Notes: a model not told the origin generated them from the letters alone. DNA of 64,000 nt from a bacterium (GCA_030603495.1 JAUVXR010000002.1:75836-139835), one strand, 5' to 3'; numbered from the stretch's first letter, positions 46,299 through 56,899 are shown. Made by a program: numbers and translations.

Positions 46299-47100
46299 TC
46301 TGAGCCTCCTGAGTTGGGCGACGGGCGAGGAAGCGCACGACCACAAAGATCGCCACGCAGATGATAATCAGCAAAACCGCCACTGACCGGGCATAGGCCA
46401 GGCCATAGTCGTTGAAACGCTGAAACACCATTACCGGCGTAGTCATGGGATGATAGGCGATGATGATCACTGCACCGAATTCGCTGATGCCCCGGGCCCA
46501 CATCAGCACCATTCCCGAAAGGATGTCCCGCCAAGCCATAGGCAGGGATATAGTGAAGAACACCCGCCACGGGGAGGCGCCCAAGCTGCGGGCCGCCTTT
46601 TCCAGCCTTTCGGGCACGGCCAGAAAGCCCGCGCGGGCGGCGTTGATCAAGAAAGGCACTGATACAAACGCCATTGCCACCGCAATCCCCGTGGCACTGC
46701 CCATTAACCCGCCCGTCATCGACCCCAGCAACGAGCGCCGGCCAATAACGGTCAGCAAGGCGATGCCGGCGGCAGAGTGCGGGATGATTATTGGCAAGTC
46801 TATAATCGCCAGTAGTGCAGTCTTACCGCAAAACTTCTTTCTCGCGAGCACGTACGACAGAGGAACGCCCGCGAGGGTACAAATGAGCGTTGCGGCCAGG
46901 GCGGCGGCCAGCGTCAGGCGGATGGATTGGGTTACCTCTGCGTCGGCCGCGGCCTGAGAAAGCTCGCCGAACGACGATGACAATACCAATGCCAGCAACG
47001 GCGCGACGATCAAGAGCAGCACAACAGACCCCAAAGCCGCGAAAATCAGGGCGAACCAGGAGATCCGATAACTACGCGCCTCGCCCAGCACGGTGCTCAT
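46291..47100 (-). CDS. wtpB: Tungstate/molybdate ABC transporter permease (WtpB-like)
   Basis: DLPIIIPH, EKAARSLGAS, WARGISEFGA. Confidence 0.88.
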   Translation of the reverse strand: MSTVLGEARSYRISWFALIFAALGSVVLLLIVAPLLALVLSSSFGELSQAAADAEVTQSIRLTLAAALAATLICTLAGVPLSYVLARKKFCGKTALLAIIDLPIIIPHSAAGIALLTVIGRRSLLGSMTGGLMGSATGIAVAMAFVSVPFLINAARAGFLAVPERLEKAARSLGASPWRVFFTISLPMAWRDILSGMVLMWARGISEFGAVIIIAYHPMTTPVMVFQRFNDYGLAYARSVAVLLIIICVAIFVVVRFLARRPTQEAQNA

Positions 47101-48113
47101 AGTGCACCTGCCTGCTTGCACAACGGTTGCAGTCTGGCCGGCACTCGGTCGTATTGTAGAGCCTGCGCCGGCACGATAGGCTCCTGGCCGCATTTGCTCA
47201 TAATGGCCTGTCCCTCCGGCGACAACAGTAGGGCGACGTAAGCCTCGGCCAGATCCCGGTTTGGGGCAGTCCTGGGAATCGTTACCGAATAGACAATGGG
47301 GCCGCCGGATCGGGTAATCAACTCGCCCGGCTGCTTGCCGGTCACCGCGACCGTGGCGCTGCCGTACAGATCAGCCAGCTCCGGAGAGCGCAGACTTATT
47401 TCATCGGGTAGCCGCAGAATCTTCAATCTGTGCTGCTGGCCGACTGAACGATAGATGAACAGATAATCAATCTCACCGGCTTCCAGCAGGGCCAGCAGAT
47501 CAGTCTCTTTGGGACGGATGTATTTGTGGCCATGCTTCTGCGCCAGGCCTGTGGCCAGACCAGGTACGTCGTAGTGCTTCTCCGCAAGCTGGAAGACCAT
47601 TACCGTACGGTACCCGCAGGGGTCACTGTTGGGATCGGAGCGACCGAACGCCACATCATCCTGCAGTAGAATCTCAGGCCAGTTGCTGGGACTAATCTCG
47701 TCGGCTCTATTGCTCTTCCCGGTGTAGACTATGGCCATCTCGTTGGTGGCGAAACGGATGTTGAAATCAGCGTGTTCCGGCATAAGTAGATTCTCAACAA
47801 CCTTGTAATCTGCGGAACCAAATACGTCGCAGCTTCGACCAAGGTCACTTATCTTGCGGGCACACTCGCGGCTGCCGCCAGCCTCGGCTTTGACAGCAAT
47901 CCCCGGATGGCGCTGCTCAAACAGAACGGACACCTCACGAAAAGGTACGGATAGGCTGCCGGCGTGGAAGATCGTCAGCTCTGTTGACACTGCCGCCTGC
48001 TTGCCAACCGGGCCTTTCGGACAGCCAGTCGTCAGGAGCAGCCCAACTGTCGCCAACGCCAATACACCATGTACAACCAACGAAGTTCTCGTTATTTGGT
48101 TGACTCCTTGCAT
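47097..48113 (-). CDS. wtpA: Tungstate ABC transporter substrate-binding lipoprotein
   Basis: Lipobox TTGC, FHAGSL, SAD, SDPNSDPCGYR, RPKE, YLFIYRS. Confidence 0.9.
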   Translation of the reverse strand: MQGVNQITRTSLVVHGVLALATVGLLLTTGCPKGPVGKQAAVSTELTIFHAGSLSVPFREVSVLFEQRHPGIAVKAEAGGSRECARKISDLGRSCDVFGSADYKVVENLLMPEHADFNIRFATNEMAIVYTGKSNRADEISPSNWPEILLQDDVAFGRSDPNSDPCGYRTVMVFQLAEKHYDVPGLATGLAQKHGHKYIRPKETDLLALLEAGEIDYLFIYRSVGQQHRLKILRLPDEISLRSPELADLYGSATVAVTGKQPGELITRSGGPIVYSVTIPRTAPNRDLAEAYVALLLSPEGQAIMSKCGQEPIVPAQALQYDRVPARLQPLCKQAGAL

Positions 48114-48175
48114 ATTCCGGCACGAGTGCTTCCGAGTTCACAGAATTATTGTCAGATCCAGCTTCTCTCCTGCAA

Positions 48176-49111
48176 TCAATGTATGTCCAATTCGTGCAAC
48201 ATTAGGATAAGGTGTTCCATAGTACGCAAGATTTCCCCCATATACTCCTCGACCGCCCTGACGCTGCCCGGAAGCGCATATATCAAAGTCTGGCCGCGAA
48301 CTCCGGCGACCCCCCGGGTCAGCAGGGCGTTGGGATTCTGGGCCCCGAACTTGACGCGTATCGCCTCCATTATTCCCGGAATGAGCTTGTCGCAGATGCC
48401 GGCTACCGTCTCCGGGGTGATGTCCCTGGGGCCCACGCCTGTCCCCCCGGTGGTGAAGATGACGTCGACACCCGTCTCCTGCGCTTCAATCAGCACCGTG
48501 CGGAGCTCATCGGCGTCATCGGGGAGGATGGTCTGCTCTATCTGCGGGTGCCAACGCTTGTCCTCCAGAAAGGCCTCCAGTAATTCCCTAACTCGGGGCC
48601 CGCTACGGTCAACGTACTCGCCCGCAAAGGCCCGGTCACTCAGGGTGATGACCCGGAAGCGTAACGGCCGGGGCAGGTATTCGACAGAATCGCCCGGGCG
48701 GATCGTCCCGCCCTGCACAACCCGGCAAAACAGGCCCTCAGTAGGCATAATGCAGGTTCCCACCTGCTGGTATATCGCACAGGCATCCCCATGACACTCT
48801 TTGCCTATTTGGCTGACTTCCAGTTCTATCTCGCCAATCCGAAAACGGTCCAGAACGGCGACTGTAGTTAGGTCAACCCCACGCAGGTCAATGTTCTCAC
48901 CAAAGTCGCCGGGAGACAACTCGATCGCCATCTCGGCGGCAAAGCGGTCAATGCTATCCTGGCTGAGGATGCTCACCTGCCGGTGCCAGACGCCGGCGTG
49001 AGCATCATCAATAATGCCCCGCTCATCCAGACGAATCTCTGGCACCGGGCGCTTCACGGTGCCTTTTTCGTCGGAGATGTTTACCGAGACGACCTCAGCA
49101 TTCTTCGACAT
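48176..49111 (-). CDS. MOSC + MogA/MoaB molybdopterin-binding fusion
   Basis: DAHAG..HRQVS, FGEN, QIGKECH; TLSDR, DRSG, TTGGTG..PRDITPE, LPGS. Confidence 0.9.
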   Translation of the reverse strand: MSKNAEVVSVNISDEKGTVKRPVPEIRLDERGIIDDAHAGVWHRQVSILSQDSIDRFAAEMAIELSPGDFGENIDLRGVDLTTVAVLDRFRIGEIELEVSQIGKECHGDACAIYQQVGTCIMPTEGLFCRVVQGGTIRPGDSVEYLPRPLRFRVITLSDRAFAGEYVDRSGPRVRELLEAFLEDKRWHPQIEQTILPDDADELRTVLIEAQETGVDVIFTTGGTGVGPRDITPETVAGICDKLIPGIMEAIRVKFGAQNPNALLTRGVAGVRGQTLIYALPGSVRAVEEYMGEILRTMEHLILMLHELDIH

Positions 49112-49556
49112 CGCGCTTTACCTTCTCCACGAGAAAAATGTCGCCAATACGCATCTCTTTGTCCACGGCTTTGCACATGTCGTAGACCGTTAGCAGGGCG
49201 ACGCTGACCGCGGTAAGTGCCTCCATCTCCGCACCGGTGCGGCCGACGCAGGCCACTTCACTGCTGGCGACGACTTGCTTCTCCGCCAGCCGCAGTTCCA
49301 CGTCAACCTTGTCCAATACCAGAGGATGACATAACGGAATAAGCTGTGCAGTCCGCTTGGCCGCCTGAATGCCCGCGATCTGGGCCACCGTCAGTACATC
49401 ACCCTTCTTGATATGGTTCTCAGCGATCAAATCCGCAGTGGTCGCGGATATGCTAATGGCACCCGTGGCGCGGGCCAGGCGTCTCTGCGGAACTTTAGCT
49501 CCGACATCAACCATCCTGGCTCGCCCCTGGTCGTCTACGTGAGATAGATTGCCCAT
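49095..49556 (-). CDS. moaC: Cyclic pyranopterin monophosphate synthase
   Basis: MVDV, KGDVL, LIPLCHP, TGAEMEAL, YDMCKAVD. Confidence 0.96.
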   Translation of the reverse strand: MGNLSHVDDQGRARMVDVGAKVPQRRLARATGAISISATTADLIAENHIKKGDVLTVAQIAGIQAAKRTAQLIPLCHPLVLDKVDVELRLAEKQVVASSEVACVGRTGAEMEALTAVSVALLTVYDMCKAVDKEMRIGDIFLVEKVKRDVEEC

Positions 49557-49557
49557 C

Positions 49558-50367
49558 CTACCCTCCGATGCCGTGCATCCAGTTATGTGCGCAGGCCCCG
49601 CCGGCAGCAGGCTTCTCCCGGATGGCCTGCTCCACAGCCCCGGCCGCTCCCAACTCTCGCACGCTGAAGGCGAGGTCGGAAAACAGGCACGGCCTAATCA
49701 GGCCGTCGCTGGAGATGCGCACCCGATTGCAGTGGGAACAGTCGCCGCCCGCGCCGCCCTCCACCACAGAGAATCGGCCCGTGGCCAAGTCCATCACATG
49801 AATAAACCGTGCTTCCAAGCCATTCTTACAGGCGAATTGAGCTACACTGACGGCGTCCGGCTCCGCCGATGACTCTGTGACTACACAGTTGAGTTTTATG
49901 GGGACCAGCCCGGCCTCGCGGGCAGCCTTGATCCCCGCCAGCACTCGTTGGAGGTCGCCACCGCCGGTAATCTGTGCGTAGTGCTCTGGCTCCATACTGT
50001 CCAGGCTAATGTTGACCCGATGCAATCCGGCGGCGGCCAGAGCGTCGGCATGGTCGCTGAGCAATATACCATTGGTGCTCATAGCCAGATCCTCAATGCC
50101 CTCGATCCTCGCCAGCATTGCCACCAACTGCTCAATATCGCGACGCACCAGCGGCTCGCCACCGGTCAACCGGACCTTAGTGAAGCCCATGCCAACCGCC
50201 ATCTGCGCCACTTCCACGATCTCCTCGAACGACAGAATCTCTTCGTGTCGAAGCAATCTAGCAAGCCCATCGGGCATACAGTACTGGCAGCGCAGATTGC
50301 ACCGGTCCGTAACCGATATGCGCAGATAGTTGATCAAGCGCCCGAAGCAGTCAATCATTGATGGCAC
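49558..50367 (-). CDS. moaA: GTP 3',8-cyclase (compact form)
   Basis: LRISVTDRCNLRCQYCMP, TGGEP, CxxCNRVR...PCL, C-terminal GG. Confidence 0.93.
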   Translation of the reverse strand: MPSMIDCFGRLINYLRISVTDRCNLRCQYCMPDGLARLLRHEEILSFEEIVEVAQMAVGMGFTKVRLTGGEPLVRRDIEQLVAMLARIEGIEDLAMSTNGILLSDHADALAAAGLHRVNISLDSMEPEHYAQITGGGDLQRVLAGIKAAREAGLVPIKLNCVVTESSAEPDAVSVAQFACKNGLEARFIHVMDLATGRFSVVEGGAGGDCSHCNRVRISSDGLIRPCLFSDLAFSVRELGAAGAVEQAIREKPAAGGACAHNWMHGIGG

Positions 50368-51566
50368 CTGGTTAACGGTGTGAACGTGACCCCATTACCC
50401 CCGTGAAGCTCAGTAACGCCCACAGGCACGACGAAGAAACCATCAGCGCGCGTCAGAGCGTACAGATGCGCGGAGCCGTGATATTCTACCTGTTTAACGG
50501 CTCCGTCGCGGGTCAGCTTACAAGGTACATATTCCACTCGCTCCGCCTTGCGGCGCTGGAAATCGCTGGCCAACGGCAGCGTAAACTCGCGCATCTGGGA
50601 TTCAGCGCCGGTCATTAGTGCAACCGCGCGCAGCACGAACACGTGAAACGTCAAGTAAACCGCGACCGGGTTGCCGGGCAAACCGAAGACGACCTTGCCC
50701 GGCGCTGAGGCATAGGTCATCGGTTTACCAGGCTTGACAGCGACCCGAGAAAAGTGGAGTTTAAGCCCCACATCGGCGAGCGCCTCAATAACGAAGTCAA
50801 AATCGCCAGCCGAAACTCCGCCCGAGAGCACCACCACGTCCGCTTGGTCCAAGGCGGCGTGCAGAGCCTGGGCAATCGCCTCCCTGTCGTCAGGCACGCA
50901 CTCTTCACTATCCACCACAAGCTGGTGCTCGGCGGCCAGTTCGGCGAGGAGGGGCCCGTTGACATTCATAATCTTCCCTGGCTCCAGAAGCGCAGCAGAA
51001 TCCACAATTTCATTACCTGTTGAGATAATGGCCATTGGCGGCTGCCTGGCAACTTTCACCTCGGCGAGACCACAGCCAATCAGGTTAGCGATGTCCACAG
51101 TGCTGAGGATAGTACCGGCGGACAAAACCATATCAGCACGGCGTACGTCCTCGCCCTGCCAACAGATGTTGGTGCCGCCACCGTGCTTTAGCACTCTGAC
51201 TGTGTCTCCATGCTGTTCAGTGTGTTCAATGATGATGACACGTCCGGTGCCCGGCGGTACAGCGACGCCGGTCATAACTTTTACCGTGGTGCCCGGCTCC
51301 AGGCGCTTAGTCCCCACCTCGCCCGCGGCAACTGTTTCCAACAGGCGGTATTCGTCGCGCTCGTCATCCGCCAGGACCGCATAGCCATCCATGGCGGACT
51401 TGTCAAACGGTGGCAGATCCACCGGGGACGTCTGATCGGAAAGCAATACGCGGCCGACAGCATCACGAACCGGAATCGTCTCGCCGTGCACTTTGACGTC
51501 CGCCAGCGTGTTATCCACTATGCGCAAAGCCGCCTCAAGGGGAATTATCTTCGCAGCGTCATTCAT
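50355..51566 (-). CDS. moeA: Molybdopterin molybdotransferase
   Basis: PPFDKSAMDGYA, MTG, STGNE, SGGVSAGDFD, KPGKP, LPGNP. Confidence 0.95.
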   Translation of the reverse strand: MNDAAKIIPLEAALRIVDNTLADVKVHGETIPVRDAVGRVLLSDQTSPVDLPPFDKSAMDGYAVLADDERDEYRLLETVAAGEVGTKRLEPGTTVKVMTGVAVPPGTGRVIIIEHTEQHGDTVRVLKHGGGTNICWQGEDVRRADMVLSAGTILSTVDIANLIGCGLAEVKVARQPPMAIISTGNEIVDSAALLEPGKIMNVNGPLLAELAAEHQLVVDSEECVPDDREAIAQALHAALDQADVVVLSGGVSAGDFDFVIEALADVGLKLHFSRVAVKPGKPMTYASAPGKVVFGLPGNPVAVYLTFHVFVLRAVALMTGAESQMREFTLPLASDFQRRKAERVEYVPCKLTRDGAVKQVEYHGSAHLYALTRADGFFVVPVGVTELHGGNGVTFTPLTRCHQ

Positions 51567-52359
51567 CAGGTGACTCCTCGTGGTTGCAGGCCACAAACCG
51601 GGCGTCAGCAAAGGCAGCTACTTCTCGGTTGATGCGCCTGAATACTTCGAGCAGGCGCCGCCCCTCAGCGGAAAGCGCCGATTGGCCCCCGCCAGTGCCG
51701 CCAGAATGCGGCAGGATTAGCTGCTTGCCCAGATGCTTTTCGGCAGTCTTAATCATGTCCCAGGCATGGCGGTAACTGATGTGGGCGGCCCGCGTAGCCT
51801 CCTGCAGTGTCCCACAGCGTTCCACTCCCGTCAGCAGCCGCGCCAGTCCCGTCCCAAAGATGTGCATGCCCTCCGCTTCGAACCACACCTTACTGCGCAC
51901 CGCCAGGCCGGAGTTACTCAGATAACGCTTCTGCTCGGCCAGTACCTCGCAGACGGCCCTACATAAGCCGCTGTCCGCCAGTTTGCGGCGTAAAACCCTC
52001 TTCCAGTCGCGGACCGAAGCGCCGGCGTAGACCCATAGATGTGCGTGGGAACGCAGTTCGTCCACATCAGTGCGTACATCGGTCTGATCATGAATAGCGT
52101 CTACAAAGATGACGATATCACCTCTGCCGTGCCGGGCCCATGCGTTGGATTCGATCACGATGTGGTCATAGGAGGCGCAGGATTGTTGAACGAACACAGC
52201 GAGCTGCTCCTCGGTGTTGAAGAAGTTAGCAGGCTTATTGGCCTGGCGCTGACCGTGCCCGCATTTGGCATAAGCCGAGTTGGGCAGCACCTCGCACAGC
52301 CGCTGGGCCAGATGAGTCTTGCCTACGCCGCGTCCTGCGCCACAAATCACCCACAGCAT
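51559..52359 (-). CDS. P-loop domain fused to a C-terminal ModE-type winged HTH
   Basis: GAGRGVGKT...AKCGH...IESN; RSKVW....IFG.G...LL......GTL..A......SYRHAW........LG..L.....GG.GGG. Confidence 0.8.
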   Translation of the reverse strand: MLWVICGAGRGVGKTHLAQRLCEVLPNSAYAKCGHGQRQANKPANFFNTEEQLAVFVQQSCASYDHIVIESNAWARHGRGDIVIFVDAIHDQTDVRTDVDELRSHAHLWVYAGASVRDWKRVLRRKLADSGLCRAVCEVLAEQKRYLSNSGLAVRSKVWFEAEGMHIFGTGLARLLTGVERCGTLQEATRAAHISYRHAWDMIKTAEKHLGKQLILPHSGGTGGGQSALSAEGRRLLEVFRRINREVAAFADARFVACNHEESPDE

Positions 52360-52655
52360 CACTTGAAGCACCCCAGGCCGCAATTGCGCACTTTAATGTT
52401 TAGAAAGTCTAACAGCTTCCCCATTTGCCTCGTCCGTATGCCTAGCTTCGCCGCCACGCTCCGGGCAGTCTCGCAAGCGATGAAACCACCCATATATAGC
52501 CTGCGCAAGCCGCAGAGGCGCCGCTCATTAGCCGCCACAACCTGCACGGTGCACTCGTCATCCATCGAGACTACATGGACTAGAATGCCGTGGGCCCCGA
52601 CGAACTCGCCAAGTGCCGTCAGCATATTCTCGGGAACGCCCAATGTGGCTGTCAC
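52359..52655 (-). CDS. Small Cys-containing protein (C...CGLGCF C-terminus)
   Basis: IACETARSVAAKLGI....GKLLD..NIKVRNCGLGCF; overlaps the start of the next gene. Confidence 0.65.
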   Translation of the reverse strand: MTATLGVPENMLTALGEFVGAHGILVHVVSMDDECTVQVVAANERRLCGLRRLYMGGFIACETARSVAAKLGIRTRQMGKLLDFLNIKVRNCGLGCFK

Positions 52656-52684
52656 TGGAGTGCCTCCGTTGCCATCAGGTCGGC

Positions 52685-52712
52685 ACCGTTATGCAGTGCT
52701 GTGCATAACGGT
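52685..52712. promoter_or_regulatory. ModE-box-like operator
   Basis: Perfect palindrome ACCGTTATGCA-N6-TGCATAACGGT upstream of the Mo/W operon; resembles the ModE consensus CGTTATATA-N6-TATATAACG. Confidence 0.75.
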
Positions 52713-53046
52713 TGGCTTGTAACTTGTTCATTGGTCATTGCGATGGCCATTGCACGGTCGGCAACGTGCCCAGCTTGAGCACGTCATCCTGCTCGCCTGG
52801 CAGATCTAATCTTATTTCGGGATGAATCTGTGTAATCCGTCAGAAGTCAAAGACCGTGTCAAGCTCGTCATGCGGGACGTCGAAGACGGTTTCGTGCGGC
52901 GACAGCGGCTCGTTCTCGAAGGAATCCGGGAGACGATCATGAGGCTGGCCAGCAGCGACTCAGCCCCAAGGCCGGCCACAACACCACAGCCACCCAAATG
53001 AGTGTAAACTTGCTGAGCCTGCTCATCGCTTGGCTGCGCTCCCCAT

Positions 53047-53256
53047 CTATCCGACAGGTGTGTCGCTGCTGTCGGATTTGTCGGGAGATTCTTCGCCCAG
53101 GCTCTGGACCTCGTTTACTACCTCGCTCGAGGCCTGCTTGAATTCCTGAATACCTCTGCCCAGCCCGCGCATCATCTCAGGTATCTTCTTGGCGCCGAAC
53201 AGGACTAGGATGATTAGCAGAATGACCAGAAGCTCCTGAGTTCCTATTCCGAACAT
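53047..53256 (-). CDS. tatA: Twin-arginine translocase TatA/E
   Basis: MFGIGTQELLVILLIILVLFGAKKIPEMMRGLGRGIQEFK. Confidence 0.95.
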   Translation of the reverse strand: MFGIGTQELLVILLIILVLFGAKKIPEMMRGLGRGIQEFKQASSEVVNEVQSLGEESPDKSDSSDTPVG

Positions 53257-53506
53257 AGTCCCTTCCTCCTGTGCCGTCCCGAAGCTGTATTTGACTAGAT
53301 TATAACATAAACTACTGACAGCGAACAGCAAGCAGATTGAGCCCTACTTGCCAGGGGTCTGACCTTAACCATAACGAGAGAGGGATACGAGCCAGACAAC
53401 AATCACCCGCTGGCTACCTTGTTTGTCAGACGCATCGACGCGCACAAAGGCCGACGCTCGGAGCAAGCTCCCCGGGGACTGACCACGGGGCCAGTCTCGT
53501 CTACAC

Positions 53507-54541
53507 TCAGTGATGGCGCTCCACGACGTAGTCGGCCAATCGCGACAAGGCGTCACGGGCTGGGCTCTCGCGTAGTTCAGTCAACGCTGCCTGTGCCTGG
53601 TCAACGTGGTGTCTCGCACGGTGCTCAGCATACTCCCGTCCGCCCAGGCGCTCTATGAGCTCAGTGGCCTGGGCTGCCTGCTCAGATTCTGGCCGCTGCA
53701 CGATGATGAACTGCTCAATGAGCTCCTGCAGCGGGTCGGCACCTGGCTGTTGCAGGGCATAGATGACCGGCAAGGTAAACTGGCCAGCCTGTAGGTCTTG
53801 GCCTATGGGTTTACCCAAGGCCACGGTATCGCCGTAAAGGTCCAAAAGGTCGTCTCGAATCTGGAAAGCGATTCCGAGGTCATAACCGTACTGCCCCAGG
53901 ACTTGCTCCATGCGTGGGTCAGCCCCGGCACATATAGCTCCCAACCGAGCTGATGCTTGCATCAGCACCGCCGTCTTGGCCGAGATTGCACGCAAGTAGT
54001 CTGGTTCGGTCGCTGCTTGGTAGCGCCACTGCATCTCCTGTAACGCGCCCAGGCACATCTGTACAATCGTCTCCGTTAGCACTGACACAACACGGGAGTC
54101 GTCCTGCGCGGCAAGCTGACGGCAGATGTGTGCGACTAAGTAGTCACCAACCAGTACCGCCTGGCGGTCGCCCAGCAGCATCCTCACTGAGTCCCGACCT
54201 CGGCGACTGCGAGTATTGTCGACCACGTCGTCATGGATCACGGAGGCCAGATGTACCTGCTCCACCGCTACTGCTGCTTGCAGCACGCGTCCGTTGTACT
54301 CTCCTGTAGTCTCGGCTCCCAACAGCACAATTAGCGGCCGCAGACGCTTGCCGCCACTGCGGAGCATGTGCTGGTAGGCCCGGACTGCTGCTGGGGGCGC
54401 GCCTTCTTGGGCCCGCTCCAGACGCAGTTCGACCTCCGCCAGCTGACCAGCAACTGGGAGGCTAATCTCCTGGAGAATTGTGCGGTCTAGTTGGTCGTCT
54501 ATGCCGACAGGCCCTCCGAGCAACGGCAGTATGCCGGCCAT
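53507..54541 (-). CDS. Polyprenyl diphosphate synthase
   Basis: GGKRLRP, HDDVVD..RRG, GD, KTA, FQIRDDLLD. Confidence 0.93.
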   Translation of the reverse strand: MAGILPLLGGPVGIDDQLDRTILQEISLPVAGQLAEVELRLERAQEGAPPAAVRAYQHMLRSGGKRLRPLIVLLGAETTGEYNGRVLQAAVAVEQVHLASVIHDDVVDNTRSRRGRDSVRMLLGDRQAVLVGDYLVAHICRQLAAQDDSRVVSVLTETIVQMCLGALQEMQWRYQAATEPDYLRAISAKTAVLMQASARLGAICAGADPRMEQVLGQYGYDLGIAFQIRDDLLDLYGDTVALGKPIGQDLQAGQFTLPVIYALQQPGADPLQELIEQFIIVQRPESEQAAQATELIERLGGREYAEHRARHHVDQAQAALTELRESPARDALSRLADYVVERHH

Positions 54542-54775
54542 TTACGTACAATAAGCCAGTTCGAAGCCATCTTGGCGGTCATGCTACCCCGAATCACGTA
54601 ACATGCGCGACTTGCAGGCAGATAGCAGACACAGTGCCCCTCAATCCCCCACGGTTACGCTTCATCGTTACTCCTAAACCCACTGTCACCCTGGGCCTGG
54701 TGCCAGAGCTCGGATTCGGCCCCGCTCCCGTTGGTCGCTTCGGGGCCGCCGGTAGATCCGGCACGGCCTTAGCGT

Positions 54776-55807
54776 CTATCGGAAGCCTAGCTGCCACTGG
54801 AAGGCGAGCTCGTCCCGGCTCGGATCCGACATGGCTCTGTTCTTGCCGTTCATGTACTGCAGGGTGAGTTCGTTGTTATTATCGAGCCACTGGGTGTACC
54901 CGATATGCCAGGCATCCCAGTAGGAATTGGGCGTGCCCTTCATGGGATCATACCTGTCGTACTTGACAAATGCGGTGCCCCCTGGCATCGCCCGGTACTC
55001 CGCTTGGGCATACCACCCGTCAATATCGTTGCCCAGCAGTTCGCCATCGACATACTCGCCCTGGGCAGCCCACTGACAATCCCGCGGTGCCCACCGCACA
55101 TAGCCGATAATCGCGCTGCGGTCCGTGATGTCAGGAATGCTGGGGATGTTCAGGTTGTTGATCCACTTGCCGTCCAGCCACGTGGCCCCGAACTGGCCCC
55201 AGTCGCGATCCCAATGCAGCTTGACCACCACGTTCTTGTTGCTATTCAAGTCACTTCCCCGGAACTGCCCGTTCATTACGCCCAGCGTGACCTTCGGGTC
55301 CCACTTGCTGGTTGCCGGCGTGTACGTCAGCCAGACGCCCCGGTCCCACAGGCCGCCGAAGTACAAGCCCCGAGGCCTCACCCCGCCGCCTTGTAGGACA
55401 GCGGCACGCTCAAGCGCCATACGCTTGGATGAGCTCTGTGGCATCTCGAGGCCGAAGTGGTTATTAGACTGACCGATTCGAGTCGTCAACGTATCGGTCA
55501 CCTTGTACTCCACCCAGACATCGCCCCAGTCGGTGGGCGACGTTGCGTTCGGGTCCGCACCGAAGCGAACCCACTGGACTAGTGTCTTCGTGCGACCATT
55601 GGGGGCCGCGAACAGGTTGACGTACATCTGGCGGAAGGTGAACTGATCTACATCCCACTCCGGGTGCACGTACCGCATCTGGAAGTAGCCGTTGATATTC
55701 ATACTGTCCACCCAACTGGGTTTTTCGGTCGCTGGCTTGTCCTCTGCTACAACGGAAGAGGCAACAGATAGTACGACGATTACGCCCACCAACAGTGCAT
55801 GCTTCAT
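54776..55807 (-). CDS. Outer-membrane porin (OprO/P-like)
   Basis: Signal peptide, GYFQMRY, RIGQ..FGLE...SS....ERA, amphipathic beta strands, terminal aromatic residue. Confidence 0.75.
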   Translation of the reverse strand: MKHALLVGVIVVLSVASSVVAEDKPATEKPSWVDSMNINGYFQMRYVHPEWDVDQFTFRQMYVNLFAAPNGRTKTLVQWVRFGADPNATSPTDWGDVWVEYKVTDTLTTRIGQSNNHFGLEMPQSSSKRMALERAAVLQGGGVRPRGLYFGGLWDRGVWLTYTPATSKWDPKVTLGVMNGQFRGSDLNSNKNVVVKLHWDRDWGQFGATWLDGKWINNLNIPSIPDITDRSAIIGYVRWAPRDCQWAAQGEYVDGELLGNDIDGWYAQAEYRAMPGGTAFVKYDRYDPMKGTPNSYWDAWHIGYTQWLDNNNELTLQYMNGKNRAMSDPSRDELAFQWQLGFR

Positions 55808-55990
55808 TACGATCTCTCCTTAAGATAACTGACCGATCTGTGACCATTCTGAGATACGAAAGCGAGGTGTCGGAACGGATCACCTCCAGCCTCACTGCCT
55901 CCCGTCCGTACGTACTGGGGGGCTAAGAGTTGCCCCCCACAGACGCGTATGACAGCCGGCAAAAGGTGCGTGTCATATTGGCACGAGACA

Positions 55991-56899
55991 TCAACTGCCC
56001 TCGCAGATTACGTCGAGAACATCCCGTGCATAGCCCTCCCTCTGCGCGATGAGGTCTAGGTAGAGCGTTGCAGTGTCCTCCACAAGGGGTAGTACGTCCT
56101 CGATCTCCGAGAGCTTGCCCTCGTCCACGGTCTTGATGTACCGTTTGCACTTGTCACAGACCTCAATCCACCACGCCTCCACTCCCGTGACGGTGACCAA
56201 TCCCATGGTGCTCTGGTCATCGTTAGCGCAGAAGGGACATTGTACCCTGGCAAATGCCCACTTCTCCTCGCACAGCAAGCAGCACAGAATGCGCTTTCGG
56301 TCGTCCTGACGCAGCCTCGCCAAGGCCGGTGGCGACCCGCAAACGGGACAGTGGCCTGACGACTCCCGGGAGGCAGCTACGGGGGCCACGACCTCCCTGC
56401 GCCGGTGTGCAGCATCGGCAACGAAGGGCGCCGCAAGTACGCGACCAACGAACAGGAGTACATCGGCGGCAGTCCCGACCCGGTTGGAAAGCTCCTGCAA
56501 GGACTGCTCATCGCCGAACGCGGACACCTCGGCGAGCTCCTCAAAGAGCCCGGCGTCCTCTTCCGCGGCTTCCTGCAAACCGGCGAGGCCAGCGGTCTGA
56601 TTGCCAGAGCGCACGACCAGCGCACAGACGTCCTCGAAGAGCGATGCCAACAGTGCGCGGTTCCACTGGATCGCTCCTCGTGTGAGCGCCGGGCTCGTCC
56701 GAGTTGGCCCGGCGTCCGCGGCGACAGTCGATGACTCGCGCTGGGCAAGGGCCTCGCGCACAGACGTCTGCGCCTTCGCCAGCCCAATGCGGAACCGGAC
56801 GTAGTCCTCGGAGACTGCTTCCTGGCCAATCAGCGCATCTAGGCGCTCGACCGTATCGGCGAGCCGCGATGACAGCGTATTGTCGTCAGTTGCAGACAT
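55991..56899 (-). CDS. fdhE: Formate dehydrogenase accessory protein
   Basis: CPVCG, C..C...W...R..CPFC, CDKCKRYIK, LDLIAQREGY. Confidence 0.92.
   Translation of the reverse strand: MSATDDNTLSSRLADTVERLDALIGQEAVSEDYVRFRIGLAKAQTSVREALAQRESSTVAADAGPTRTSPALTRGAIQWNRALLASLFEDVCALVVRSGNQTAGLAGLQEAAEEDAGLFEELAEVSAFGDEQSLQELSNRVGTAADVLLFVGRVLAAPFVADAAHRRREVVAPVAASRESSGHCPVCGSPPALARLRQDDRKRILCCLLCEEKWAFARVQCPFCANDDQSTMGLVTVTGVEAWWIEVCDKCKRYIKTVDEGKLSEIEDVLPLVEDTATLYLDLIAQREGYARDVLDVICEGS

Noticed and set aside
52822-53001. 59-aa plus-strand ORF
   Set aside because: No clear SD or motif; cannot be supported as a gene.
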